Below are positions 16,561 to 25,164 of a DNA stretch of 34,152 nucleotides, piece by piece; position 1 is the first letter of the stretch; each line of letters starts with the position of its first letter. A model generated the notes under the pieces. That model was not told where the DNA came from, did not search any database, and saw nothing but the letters and a program-made list of their open reading frames with translations. The translations under genes and the position numbers were made by a program. The stretch spans positions 1 to 34,152 of the forward strand of contig JBBIIG010000018.1 in assembly GCA_037446635.1 (NCBI GenBank), written 5' to 3'. This DNA comes from a bacterium. GTDB taxonomy: Bacteria; Zhuqueibacterota; Zhuqueibacteria; Oceanimicrobiales; Oceanimicrobiaceae.

Positions 16561-17655
16561 CTATTTGTTTATCACATTTAACATAGCATCTATTGCGGAG
16601 CGAACTTTTTCTAATTCCACTTGCTCGGCGATAAACACGTCGCCGATTTTTGTGGGGAGAACGAATTTGATGCGATCAGCGGCGGCTTTTTTGTCGCGCC
16701 GCAAAAAAGTTAGCAAGCGATCGCTGTCTATTTTTTTCGGAAGCGCCTGCCAATCGAAGCGAAGAATTAAATGCCGGATGCGATCAAACTCGTCGCGCGC
16801 CAGCTTGCCGGAATCCAGCGCGATTTTGCTTTCGGCCAACATGCCAAGCATCACCGCTTCACCGTGGGAAATGCGGTAGTCCAGCGCCGACTCCAGAGCG
16901 TGGCCGATGGTGTGGCCAAAATTCAAAATCATGCGCTGGCCGCGGTCGCGTTCGTCCACCGCCACAATTTTCGTTTTGATCTCGCAGCAGCGCTTGACGA
17001 TCTCCTCCAACAGCGCCGAGTCCAAAGTGAAAATCTCCTCGAAATTATGTTCCAGCAGAGCAAACAAAAACGGATCGCGGATGATGCCGTATTTGATGAC
17101 CTCCCCCAACCCGCACACGATCTGCCGGCGCGGCAAACTTTTTAGCAGCGCCAGATCGATCCACACCAAACGCGGCTGATAAAACGTGCCGATCATATTT
17201 TTTCCCAAAGGGTGATTGACGCCGGTTTTGCCGCCGATGCTGGCGTCCACCTGCGCCAACAGGGTGGTGGGAACCTGGATTAATTTAACGCCGCGTTTGT
17301 AAATCGAGGCCACGAAGCCGGCGAGGTCGCCGATGACGCCGCCGCCGAAAGCGATCACCGTCCCCTGGCGGTCAAAACCGATTTCCAGCAGTGTTTGAAC
17401 AATCTCCCCCACTCGTGCCAGCGATTTACTGGTTTCGCCCGGCGGGACTGAAATGATTTCAAAAAGATGAACTTGATTTTGGAAGCAGCCGCGCAGGCGC
17501 TCGCCGTACAAATCGCGCACCACCGTGTCGGTGATGACCGCGGCTTGATCTCCAAAATCGTAGAGGCGATACATTTCGCCTAATTTTTCCAAAACGCCGC
17601 TGCCAATAAAAACCGGGTAACTCTGATTTTCCAGTTCGACTTTTAAGCTCAACAT
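16561..17655 (-). CDS. aroB: 3-dehydroquinate synthase
   Basis: GGGVIGDLAGF, PTTLLAQVDASIGGKTGVN, KNMIGTFYQP, LNFGHTIGHALE, HGEAV. Confidence 0.93.
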   Translation of the reverse strand: MLSLKVELENQSYPVFIGSGVLEKLGEMYRLYDFGDQAAVITDTVVRDLYGERLRGCFQNQVHLFEIISVPPGETSKSLARVGEIVQTLLEIGFDRQGTVIAFGGGVIGDLAGFVASIYKRGVKLIQVPTTLLAQVDASIGGKTGVNHPLGKNMIGTFYQPRLVWIDLALLKSLPRRQIVCGLGEVIKYGIIRDPFLFALLEHNFEEIFTLDSALLEEIVKRCCEIKTKIVAVDERDRGQRMILNFGHTIGHALESALDYRISHGEAVMLGMLAESKIALDSGKLARDEFDRIRHLILRFDWQALPKKIDSDRLLTFLRRDKKAAADRIKFVLPTKIGDVFIAEQVELEKVRSAIDAMLNVINK

Positions 17656-17685
17656 GATCGAAAGAGAGGTTTGCAAATAAGAGCT

Positions 17686-17734
17686 CGGATCATCAGAAGG
17701 CATCGGATTAAATCCGATAATTTCTGAAAATCCG
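17686..17734. repeat. Imperfect 24-bp-arm inverted repeat with ~9-nt periodic CGGATT units
   Basis: CGGATCATCAGAAGGCATCGGATT-A-AATCCGATAATTTCTGAAAATCCG, immediately after the Zn-dehydrogenase stop. Confidence 0.7.
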
Positions 17735-17738
17735 TGTC

Positions 17739-18686
17739 CTAAAACCGCAGCAGGATTTTCAGCGTCCCTTTTTTCTGCGCGTGCTCGAACGCCGCCAGGG
17801 CGCCGTCAAACGGATAAACGCGATCAATCAGCGCTTCGACGTGGACGAGGTTTTGCTTCAGCAAACGCACCGCGGCCGCAAACGGGCCGCAGCGCGACCC
17901 GACAATTGAGATTTCATCGATGACGATGGGCGCGGCGTGCAATTCCAACTTCCCGTGATACGTACTTTTCAAAATCATTGCGCCGCGCGGCCGCAGCAAC
18001 TGCAAAGCCGCCTCAAAACCCGCCGCCGCGCCGCTGGCTTCCACCACGACGTCGAACTTTTCGTTGCCAAGCTCTTCTAACTTCGAAGCTTTGATTCCCC
18101 ACGATTCCGCCAGCGCCAACTTCCTCGAGTGTCGGCCAACGAGGCGCAATCGGCAACCGGTTAGTTTTAAAACCTGGCAAATCAGCAGCCCCAATTTGCC
18201 GTCGCCCAAAACCGCTACGTTGAATTCCGGTTGAATTTGAATCTGTTCTAAAATTTCACACGCTGCGGCTAACGGCTCCACAAACACCGCGGCAGCATCC
18301 GGAATCGACTCCGGAATTTCGTGCAAATTGGCCAGCGGCACGGCAACGTATTCCGCAAAGGCGCCGTTTTGATTCAAAATTCCCAGCACCGTTCGGTTGG
18401 GACAATGGCGGCTCATCCCGCGGCGGCACCAATCACAGTTGCCGCAGCCAAAATTGATTTCGCCGCACACCCGTTTGCCGAGCCACTGCGGAGCGCCGGC
18501 GCGTTCAACTACCCCGACAAATTCGTGCCCCAGCACGCCTTTGAAGCCCATGTAGCCTTTGACCAGTTCGAGATCGGTGTTGCAGATGCCGGCCATCAAA
18601 ACCTTAACCAGGGCTTCGTGAGGAGCCGCGGTGGGCGTTGGAATTTCTTTTAATTGCAGGGTGTCGCTGAGATAAAGGGCACGCAT
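17739..18686 (-). CDS. Zinc-dependent MDR-family alcohol/sugar dehydrogenase
   Basis: GICNTD, GHEFVG, C-x2-C-x2-C-x7-C structural zinc site, GDGKLG. Confidence 0.92.
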   Translation of the reverse strand: MRALYLSDTLQLKEIPTPTAAPHEALVKVLMAGICNTDLELVKGYMGFKGVLGHEFVGVVERAGAPQWLGKRVCGEINFGCGNCDWCRRGMSRHCPNRTVLGILNQNGAFAEYVAVPLANLHEIPESIPDAAAVFVEPLAAACEILEQIQIQPEFNVAVLGDGKLGLLICQVLKLTGCRLRLVGRHSRKLALAESWGIKASKLEELGNEKFDVVVEASGAAAGFEAALQLLRPRGAMILKSTYHGKLELHAAPIVIDEISIVGSRCGPFAAAVRLLKQNLVHVEALIDRVYPFDGALAAFEHAQKKGTLKILLRF

Positions 18687-18706
18687 AAAGGTAAAAAGTT
18701 TTTGAA

Positions 18707-18735
18707 AAGATAGGCGTCTCGAAAATAATTTGCAA
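18707..18735 (-). promoter_or_regulatory. Sigma-70-type promoter upstream of the dehydrogenase gene
   Basis: TTGCAA-N17-TATCTT on the minus strand. Confidence 0.5.
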
Positions 18736-18742
18736 TCAAAAT

Positions 18743-18772
18743 AAAAAAGGCTCCATCAAGTAAAAGGAGCCT
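18743..18772 (-). terminator. Rho-independent terminator after the pspC/liaF-like genes
   Basis: Minus strand AGGCTCC-loop-GGAGCCT followed by TTTTTATTTT. Confidence 0.7.
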
Positions 18773-18796
18773 GAGATTAATGCACTTTGCGAGCGA

Positions 18797-19339
18797 TCAT
18801 TCCGACTTTTGCAGCGTTTCTGTTTTTTCCGGTTTTTTGCGAAGGCCCTTGATGACCATGCTCATCCCCACGGCGATCAAAATCACCGGCCAAAAATCCC
18901 TGATGTTTCGCCAGTACAGAATGTCGATGGCGTCGAGGAAAAAAATGGCGCCAAAAAATAACAGCACGCCGCCCGGAACCAGCACTCCCCAATCCTCCGG
19001 TTTGAATAAAAACAGCACAATGAAACCCAGCCCGAAGGCGATCAAAAAAATCGGCCAGAAATCATGAAAACGATAAAAATAATAATCGACGGAGAACAAT
19101 TCGAAATTGCGGAAAACGAAGAAAACGCCGAGAACGATCAGCACTGTGGCCGGAAAAGCCGCGCCGCGATCACCTTTGGTAAAAATGGCGACCGCGAACA
19201 GCGCGCCGAACGCCAATAAAATAACCGGATAAATATGCCGCCAACGAAAATAAAAAACATCCAACTGCTGCAGCAGGAAAACCACGCCAATCAGAATCAA
19301 AACGATTCCCGGCAAGATCGAACGATCTTTTTCGGCCAT
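18797..19339 (-). CDS. LiaF/DUF5668-like polytopic membrane protein
   Basis: Repeated G..LI..G..F and (F/Y)WP.ILIA.G transmembrane units; GGAGG RBS. Confidence 0.75.
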   Translation of the reverse strand: MAEKDRSILPGIVLILIGVVFLLQQLDVFYFRWRHIYPVILLAFGALFAVAIFTKGDRGAAFPATVLIVLGVFFVFRNFELFSVDYYFYRFHDFWPIFLIAFGLGFIVLFLFKPEDWGVLVPGGVLLFFGAIFFLDAIDILYWRNIRDFWPVILIAVGMSMVIKGLRKKPEKTETLQKSE

Positions 19340-19362
19340 AATTCACCTCCCTTATTGCGCAA

Positions 19363-20148
19363 CTATTTGGCTTTGGATTTGGTCGCGGCCGATTTTGAAC
19401 TCGTGGTGGATTGCACGGCCGTCTCTTCGGGGACGACGATGATCATAACGATGTAGATCAGAACGCCCAGCACCGGAGTGGCGACGACCGTCGCCACCAC
19501 CCAAAGAATGCGCACGATTGAGGAATCGATGTTAAAATACCTGGCAATGCCGCCGCAGACGCCGGCGATCATTTTATCGCTGACCGAGCGGGTTAATTTT
19601 TTTTCCATGGTTGAACCTCCCGATTTTTCAACTTGTGGAGCTTTTGCTTCCGTTTCTTTTTTTGAGACGCTGATCAAATAAACTATGCCTACAACAATCA
19701 AAATGATCGGCAGAACGACGCCGGCGTCAAAGCGGTCCGACCACCACGGCCCCCAATCCCAGAATGGATAAAACCCAAACCAGTCGCTGCGCTGCAACAA
19801 TAGAAACCCACCAATGGCGATCAAGACCAACCCCCAGATCATAGTGGAATCAGATTTTTTTTCTTTCTTCGCCGGCGGCTCTTCTTCGTGAGGATTTTCC
19901 GGAACCACGATCCAAGCCGCAATATACGCCACCAACCCGACGCCGCCGGCAAAAACCGACAGCGCCCAAACGATCCGAACGATCTGCGGATCGAGATTGA
20001 GATATTTTGCGGCGCCGCCGCAGACGCCGGCGATCATGCGATCGCTTTTGGAACGGTAGAGCTTCTTGGGCTGCTGGGCCTCGGCTTTGTCGGATTTGGC
20101 CCGTCTCCTACTCGCAACTGCCGGCTTCTCCTTTTTCTCCTCTAACAT
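19363..20148 (-). CDS. Protein with two PspC domains and a central LiaF-like transmembrane region
   Basis: KKLYRSKSDRMIAGVCGG..VRI and KKLTRSVSDKMIAGVCGG..VRI. Confidence 0.88.
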   Translation of the reverse strand: MLEEKKEKPAVASRRRAKSDKAEAQQPKKLYRSKSDRMIAGVCGGAAKYLNLDPQIVRIVWALSVFAGGVGLVAYIAAWIVVPENPHEEEPPAKKEKKSDSTMIWGLVLIAIGGFLLLQRSDWFGFYPFWDWGPWWSDRFDAGVVLPIILIVVGIVYLISVSKKETEAKAPQVEKSGGSTMEKKLTRSVSDKMIAGVCGGIARYFNIDSSIVRILWVVATVVATPVLGVLIYIVMIIVVPEETAVQSTTSSKSAATKSKAK

Positions 20149-20221
20149 TTTTCATCCCTCGGTTGATGACGTTTTGAAGTGCATAAAATTCAATCGCATT
20201 AACGAAAAAAATTTCAGAAGG

Positions 20222-20848
20222 TTACTGCTTCAAATATTTTTTCTCCACCGCCATGATTTTTTCGACCCGCGTTTCGTGGCGGCCGCCCTCGAAATCGGTT
20301 TCCAGCCACGCTTTTAAAATTTCTTTGGCGGCGTCGGCGCTCGAGATGCGGCTGCCAAGCGTCAGCAGGTTGGCGTTGTTGTGCAAGCGGCTGTTGCGGG
20401 CGGTGTACACATCGTAACAGGCCGCAGCGCGCACGCCGGGCACTTTGTTGGCCGTGATGGCGGAGCCGACGCCGGCGCCATCGATCATCACACCGCGGCC
20501 AAAACCGGCTGCTACTTTTTGCGCGACCGCGTGGGCGAAATCCGGGTAATCCACCGCATCGGTGGAATGGGCGCCAACGTCTTCCACTTCGTAGCCCAGT
20601 TCAACTAAAAATGCTTTGAGAATTTCTTTCAACTCAAAACCGCCGTGGTCGGCGCCTAAAATAATTTTGCGGGATTGGGTGATTGAAGCTGACGCCGGAA
20701 CAGGGTTTTCTTTGACGATATCGATGCCGCGGATTTTGGCCGCGTCGGCGGCGGCGGGAGTGATGAGCGCTTCGGGAGAGACGATTATTTGATGGGACCG
20801 TTTTTGCCAGGCTTGAATGACATCACGCTCTGTGAGTAATCGTTTCAT
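20222..20848 (-). CDS. rpiB: RpiB/LacA/LacB-family sugar-phosphate isomerase with N-terminal extension
   Basis: GADHGG, VDYPDFA, ANKVPGVRAA, HNNAN, FEGGRH..RV; about 55 extra N-terminal residues. Confidence 0.9.
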   Translation of the reverse strand: MKRLLTERDVIQAWQKRSHQIIVSPEALITPAAADAAKIRGIDIVKENPVPASASITQSRKIILGADHGGFELKEILKAFLVELGYEVEDVGAHSTDAVDYPDFAHAVAQKVAAGFGRGVMIDGAGVGSAITANKVPGVRAAACYDVYTARNSRLHNNANLLTLGSRISSADAAKEILKAWLETDFEGGRHETRVEKIMAVEKKYLKQ

Positions 20849-21540
20849 GAAAGGTTGGTCTTTTTCTCCGCTTCCCCTAACATGGGAACAAAACGCACCG
20901 GAATCCGCGACTCTTTTTTGATGCTGCCATCGGGCTGCTTGATGATAACCAGCAGCTCCTGGTTGACTTCGCCAACCGGAATCACCATCCGGCCGCCAAT
21001 GCGAAGCTGATCCACCAGACTCTGCGGCACATGATCCGGCGCCGCCGTGACGACGATGCCGTCGAAGGGCGCGTGCTCCGGCCAGCCTTTGTAGCCATCG
21101 CCAAATTTCAGGTGAATGTTTTTGTAGCCCATTTTCTTAAAGCGCCGCGAGGCTTCGATAATCAGATTCTCATTAATCTCGATAGTGTAAACCTGATCGA
21201 CAATTTCGGCCAGCACTGCGGCTTGATATCCCGAACCGGTGCCGACCTCGAGAATTTTCTCCCCGCCACGCAGCTCCAGGGCCGCGGTCATGTAAGCTAC
21301 GATAAACGGCTGCGAAATGGTTTGCCCGTCGCTGATGGGCAGCGGCGTATCGTCGTACGCCGATCGTTCCAGGCGCTCGCCAACGAAGCGATGGCGCGGC
21401 ACGCGCTCCAGGGCTTGGATGACCAACGCATCGGAGATACCGCGCGCCAAAATTTGATCGCGAATCATCTTCTGCCGCTGCCGGTAGTGCTCCGGGGTGT
21501 CGCCGATTTTTAGATGAAGGTCGGATAGTGTGTCGTACAA
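20845..21540 (-). CDS. pcm: Protein-L-isoaspartate O-methyltransferase
   Basis: VPRHRF, QTISQP, LEVGTGSGYQAA, GDGYKGWPEHAPFD, VRFVPM. Confidence 0.95.
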   Translation of the reverse strand: MYDTLSDLHLKIGDTPEHYRQRQKMIRDQILARGISDALVIQALERVPRHRFVGERLERSAYDDTPLPISDGQTISQPFIVAYMTAALELRGGEKILEVGTGSGYQAAVLAEIVDQVYTIEINENLIIEASRRFKKMGYKNIHLKFGDGYKGWPEHAPFDGIVVTAAPDHVPQSLVDQLRIGGRMVIPVGEVNQELLVIIKQPDGSIKKESRIPVRFVPMLGEAEKKTNLS

Positions 21541-21563
21541 GGCTCGCTCTCCTCAAAGATGTT

Positions 21564-22527
21564 TTACTTGCTCAGCTTTTGCAGATGCACCTCGACGCTG
21601 CGGGCCAGCGCGTCTAAATTGTACCCTCCTTCCAAAACCGAAACCAACCGTCCCTCGCAACTTTGATTTGCCAGCGCAACCGTCATCTCCGTCATCGCGG
21701 CAAAGCCAGCCTCGGTCACTTTCATATTGGCCAACGGGTCGATCGCGATGGGCGTCGAATCCTGCCGAAATCAGAAGGAACTCCGGCTGGAAGCGGCCGA
21801 CCGCCGGCGCGATCTCGTTTTCAAAAATGTCGAGATATTCTTTATCGCCGCAACCGGGCGGGCACGGAAAATTCAGGGTCGCGCCCTCGCCCTCCGCTTC
21901 TCCTGTTTCCGATTTTTTGCCGGTTCCCGGATAAAGCGGATACTGATGAATGCTAATATACAAAACGCTGCCATCGCGATAAAAAATATCCTGCGTGCCG
22001 TTGCCGTGATGCACATCCCAATCGATGATGCAAACGCGATTGAGTTGGTGCTGCGCTTGCAGATATCGCGCGCCAATGGCGACGTTGTTGAACAGGCAAA
22101 ATCCCATGGCGCGGGCGCGCTCCGCATGATGCCCGGGCGGGCGAACCGCGCAAAACGCATTGCGAATCTCACCGTTCATCACCGCGTCGCAGGCCGCCAC
22201 GACGCTGCCGGCGGCCAGACAGGCCACTTCGAAAGAGTGCTCGCTGACCACCGTATCAGAATCTAAAAAATACAAATCTGCATTGCAAGCACTTTTCCGC
22301 GAAGCGGATCGGCATCCGAGTATGCGTTCGATATACGATCGCGGGTGCACCGCCTCAATCCAACTCCATTCCGCCGGACAGGCCGGAAGCGCAACCAGAT
22401 CGGAGAGGATTGCTGTCGTCTTCAAGTGAGCGATCAGATGGCGCAGGCGGTCGGGCCGTTCGGGATGGCCGGGCCCGGTATTGTGCAGCAGAAAATCATC
22501 GTGATAAACAAAACCGGTTTGGCGCAA
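21564..22527 (-). pseudogene. Histone deacetylase/AcuC-family protein with +1 frameshift near 21741 (possibly an assembly error)
   Basis: HPERPDR, RPPGHHA, GFC.FNN, DWDVHHGNGTQ, SAGFDAH. Removing one base restores DPLANM..VLEGGY.., ending at TAA 21564. Confidence 0.85.
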
Positions 22528-22549
22528 CGATTGGTCTCCAGTAACTAAC

Positions 22550-22966
22550 TCATTCTTTCACTTCGATTCGCTGCTGCGCCACCACCGGCTCGCTGCGCCC
22601 GATGACTTTGATTTGATACGTGCCGGGCTTGAGGTTTTTGACTTCGCACACCTCTTCGAACGGCACCAGCACTTGAATGACGATCTTCTCGGGATCGTGT
22701 TTGGCCAGCGGTGTAATTTCGATGACGTCGTTTTTCACCGCCACGTCGAAACGCTCGAACACGTAGGCTGGGTTGGGCAAATTACCCTGCACCTTCACGT
22801 TGAGCTGGTCGCCGGCGACCACCGCTTGCTGGGCCTCAACCGCATCGACATAAATTTTTTGTAGGTCACTTCTACGTTCCATGGGCGCACCATTTTTGTG
22901 TGCACAATTTAAAAATCCCGCCCCCAGAAAAGCAATGATGAGAAATCTCGCAAATTTGTTTTTCAT
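22550..22966 (-). CDS. Hypothetical lipoprotein
   Basis: Signal peptide with FLNC lipobox; beta-rich small domain ending LKPGTYQIKV. Confidence 0.7.
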   Translation of the reverse strand: MKNKFARFLIIAFLGAGFLNCAHKNGAPMERRSDLQKIYVDAVEAQQAVVAGDQLNVKVQGNLPNPAYVFERFDVAVKNDVIEITPLAKHDPEKIVIQVLVPFEEVCEVKNLKPGTYQIKVIGRSEPVVAQQRIEVKE

Positions 22967-23035
22967 ATATCATCACCAATTTGGTTTCAACACTTCCTTT
23001 AACTCCATCGCTTCAAAAAAGCTCCCTCAGGGAAA

Positions 23036-24838
23036 TTATCGGGACTGGCGTTTGGCTTGCTCCAAAAAATCAACGATGCCCTGCATGATAGCTTCGGCGG
23101 CGCGCTTCTGATATTGGGGTGATCGGATGAGCTGCTCCTCCTCCGGGTGCATAATAAAAGCCGATTCAATCAACACCGCCGGCATTTGCGGCGGGCGGCA
23201 CACGGCGAGGTTATCATAAAATAAGCCAAAATTGTTCAGCTGCAAAGTTTTTAACAATCGCTTTTGAATGGCGGCGGCGAGCGCGAAACTTTGGGGGTGA
23301 AAATAATAGGTGCTGCTGCCCCGGCTCAAAAAGGGATTAACGTCATCGGGCACTGCGTTGTGATGAACGCTCACCAACAAATCTGCTTCCACGAAAGCCG
23401 CCAATTTGGGCCGCGCCGCCAGACTGGCGCCGTGGCGATCGCGGCGGGTTAAAAACACCCGCGCGCCTTTGCGCTGCAACTTTTCCTTGAGCGCCAGCGC
23501 CACTTGCAGGTTCGCATCCTTCTCTTTTAACCGGGTTGGGCCAACGGCGCCGTCGTCCGGGCCGTGGCCGGGATCCACGCAGATCAACAACTCATTCAGT
23601 TTGAATTTTTTCGGGGGCTTCTTGATTTCAATCACTAAACTCTCGCCGTCATAAAAAGGATTGTACCCCCACTGCTGCGGCGAATTCAGATCGATGCGCA
23701 GTTGATAGACGCCGTCGGCCGGCTGCCGCCAGCTCATCTCGCGGATGAACTCATCTTCGAAATCGTAGCGTATCCAATCGGTATTGGCTGTGGCGCCGTA
23801 AATCGTTACCATCAAGGCGGAGGGCTGGTTGGACTGTTCAATTTTAAACGGCAGGCGCTCACGCAAAAAAATTTTCACCGCAGCTTTTTTCTCGAAATTT
23901 TCGCTGCGCACCAGCCGCACGGTGCTGGCTGGAATGGGCGTCCCGGCGGGGAGCAGCATTAAATTTTCCTGTGGGATCCAGACGTGTTCCAGCTCGTTCA
24001 AACGCGCGCGCCAAAATTTTCCAGATTGTCCCGTGAGCCGCACCTTCACACCGCGCGGCAAAAACATCTGATAGCCTAAACCGGGGCCGGTGCGCGCCAC
24101 GGTCACGTCTTGCGTCAGCTCGGCAATTTGGGGAATCAAAGGGTCGCGCACCGTCAGCCGGCCGCGAGCGGTTACCAACGCATCGGCGCCGTTGCCGCCA
24201 CTCAACTCGAAATGGACGGCGGCGCTGTCCAATTTCACTCCTTCGGGGATTTTACAAATACCGGAGTAGATCCCGGAAATGGGCGGCGACGTCCAGACTT
24301 CCTTGCCTTCGCCAAAAATCAGTTCCCCCCAATAAAAATCGCGGGTGGACGGCAGTTCGATCATGGGCGCGTCTTCCACCAAACCGGGGACAGAAAAGCG
24401 GCCAATGAATCCCGGTGTGCCTTTGAATTTCACCTCCAGAAAATCTCCGGCGCTGAGCGTCAAATCATTTTGTGGGAACACAAACGCGCTGTCAATGGCC
24501 AGCGTGTCCGCGGGTGTGGTGAGGCGAAACGGCGGGACAAAAACCGTGCGAATGGTTTCGAGGGTGTCGGTCGCGTTGATGGCGCGGCAGACGAAACGAA
24601 ATTCGCCGCCGGCCACGGGCGCGCGGGTGAGAAACGCGCCGTTCAGATTGAGCTGAACCGGAAGATCATTGATGAAAATTTTCGCCCCGGGAAGTCTGGT
24701 GGAACCGAAAACAAAAGCCGAATCGTATGCTGCCACGATCTGCCCTTCGCGAGGATAAACCACGTCCAGCGTATCCTGCGCCGCCAGCAAAACCGGAAAT
24801 AAAAAGAAGAAGCTCGCGAGCAAGCAGGCGTTTTTCAT
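23036..24838 (-). CDS. Secreted N-acetylmuramoyl-L-alanine amidase (Amidase_3)
   Basis: C-terminal DPGHG..EKDANL..SVHHNA..LIESAF; signal peptide; SH3-like middle segment. Confidence 0.9.
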   Translation of the reverse strand: MKNACLLASFFFLFPVLLAAQDTLDVVYPREGQIVAAYDSAFVFGSTRLPGAKIFINDLPVQLNLNGAFLTRAPVAGGEFRFVCRAINATDTLETIRTVFVPPFRLTTPADTLAIDSAFVFPQNDLTLSAGDFLEVKFKGTPGFIGRFSVPGLVEDAPMIELPSTRDFYWGELIFGEGKEVWTSPPISGIYSGICKIPEGVKLDSAAVHFELSGGNGADALVTARGRLTVRDPLIPQIAELTQDVTVARTGPGLGYQMFLPRGVKVRLTGQSGKFWRARLNELEHVWIPQENLMLLPAGTPIPASTVRLVRSENFEKKAAVKIFLRERLPFKIEQSNQPSALMVTIYGATANTDWIRYDFEDEFIREMSWRQPADGVYQLRIDLNSPQQWGYNPFYDGESLVIEIKKPPKKFKLNELLICVDPGHGPDDGAVGPTRLKEKDANLQVALALKEKLQRKGARVFLTRRDRHGASLAARPKLAAFVEADLLVSVHHNAVPDDVNPFLSRGSSTYYFHPQSFALAAAIQKRLLKTLQLNNFGLFYDNLAVCRPPQMPAVLIESAFIMHPEEEQLIRSPQYQKRAAEAIMQGIVDFLEQAKRQSR

Positions 24839-25164
24839 CTCGAAGCTTCCAACTCAATCTGTTTCACGTGTTCCATCACCACCTCGCGAGGGCATTTTTT
24901 TAAAAACCACCGCAGGGAGAATGACAACACAAACAAGTCGTCAAGGTAGCCAAAAATCGGCAGCAAAAAATCGGGAAAAAGATCGATGGGCGAGATGAAA
25001 TACAAAAACGCCAGCAACAGCAGCGCTTTCAAATAAAATGGCACGCGCGGATCTTTGATCAAACGCGCGTACAATTTTATGAATTGCGGCAGATAATAAA
25101 TTAACTGCAGCGCGCCGCGCGGGTTTTTCAGGCCTTCCAAAAAGAGTCGTTTGAAACCGCTCAT
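24835..25164 (-). CDS. YkvA/DUF1232 membrane protein
   Basis: DPRVP..K, YFISPIDLFPDF.P.FGYLDD. Confidence 0.9.
   Translation of the reverse strand: MSGFKRLFLEGLKNPRGALQLIYYLPQFIKLYARLIKDPRVPFYLKALLLLAFLYFISPIDLFPDFLLPIFGYLDDLFVLSFSLRWFLKKCPREVVMEHVKQIELEASR

Noticed and set aside
16561..18686. aroB-like plus Zn-dehydrogenase as an aminocyclitol (2-deoxystreptamine-type) pathway
   Set aside because: The cyclase has canonical dehydroquinate synthase motifs (LNFGHT, HGEAV), and no aminotransferase or glycosyltransferase is nearby.
20166..20192. ECF-sigma promoter (TGAATT-N15-CGTC) before the pspC gene
   Set aside because: Plausible in context, but the match and spacing are too weak to call.
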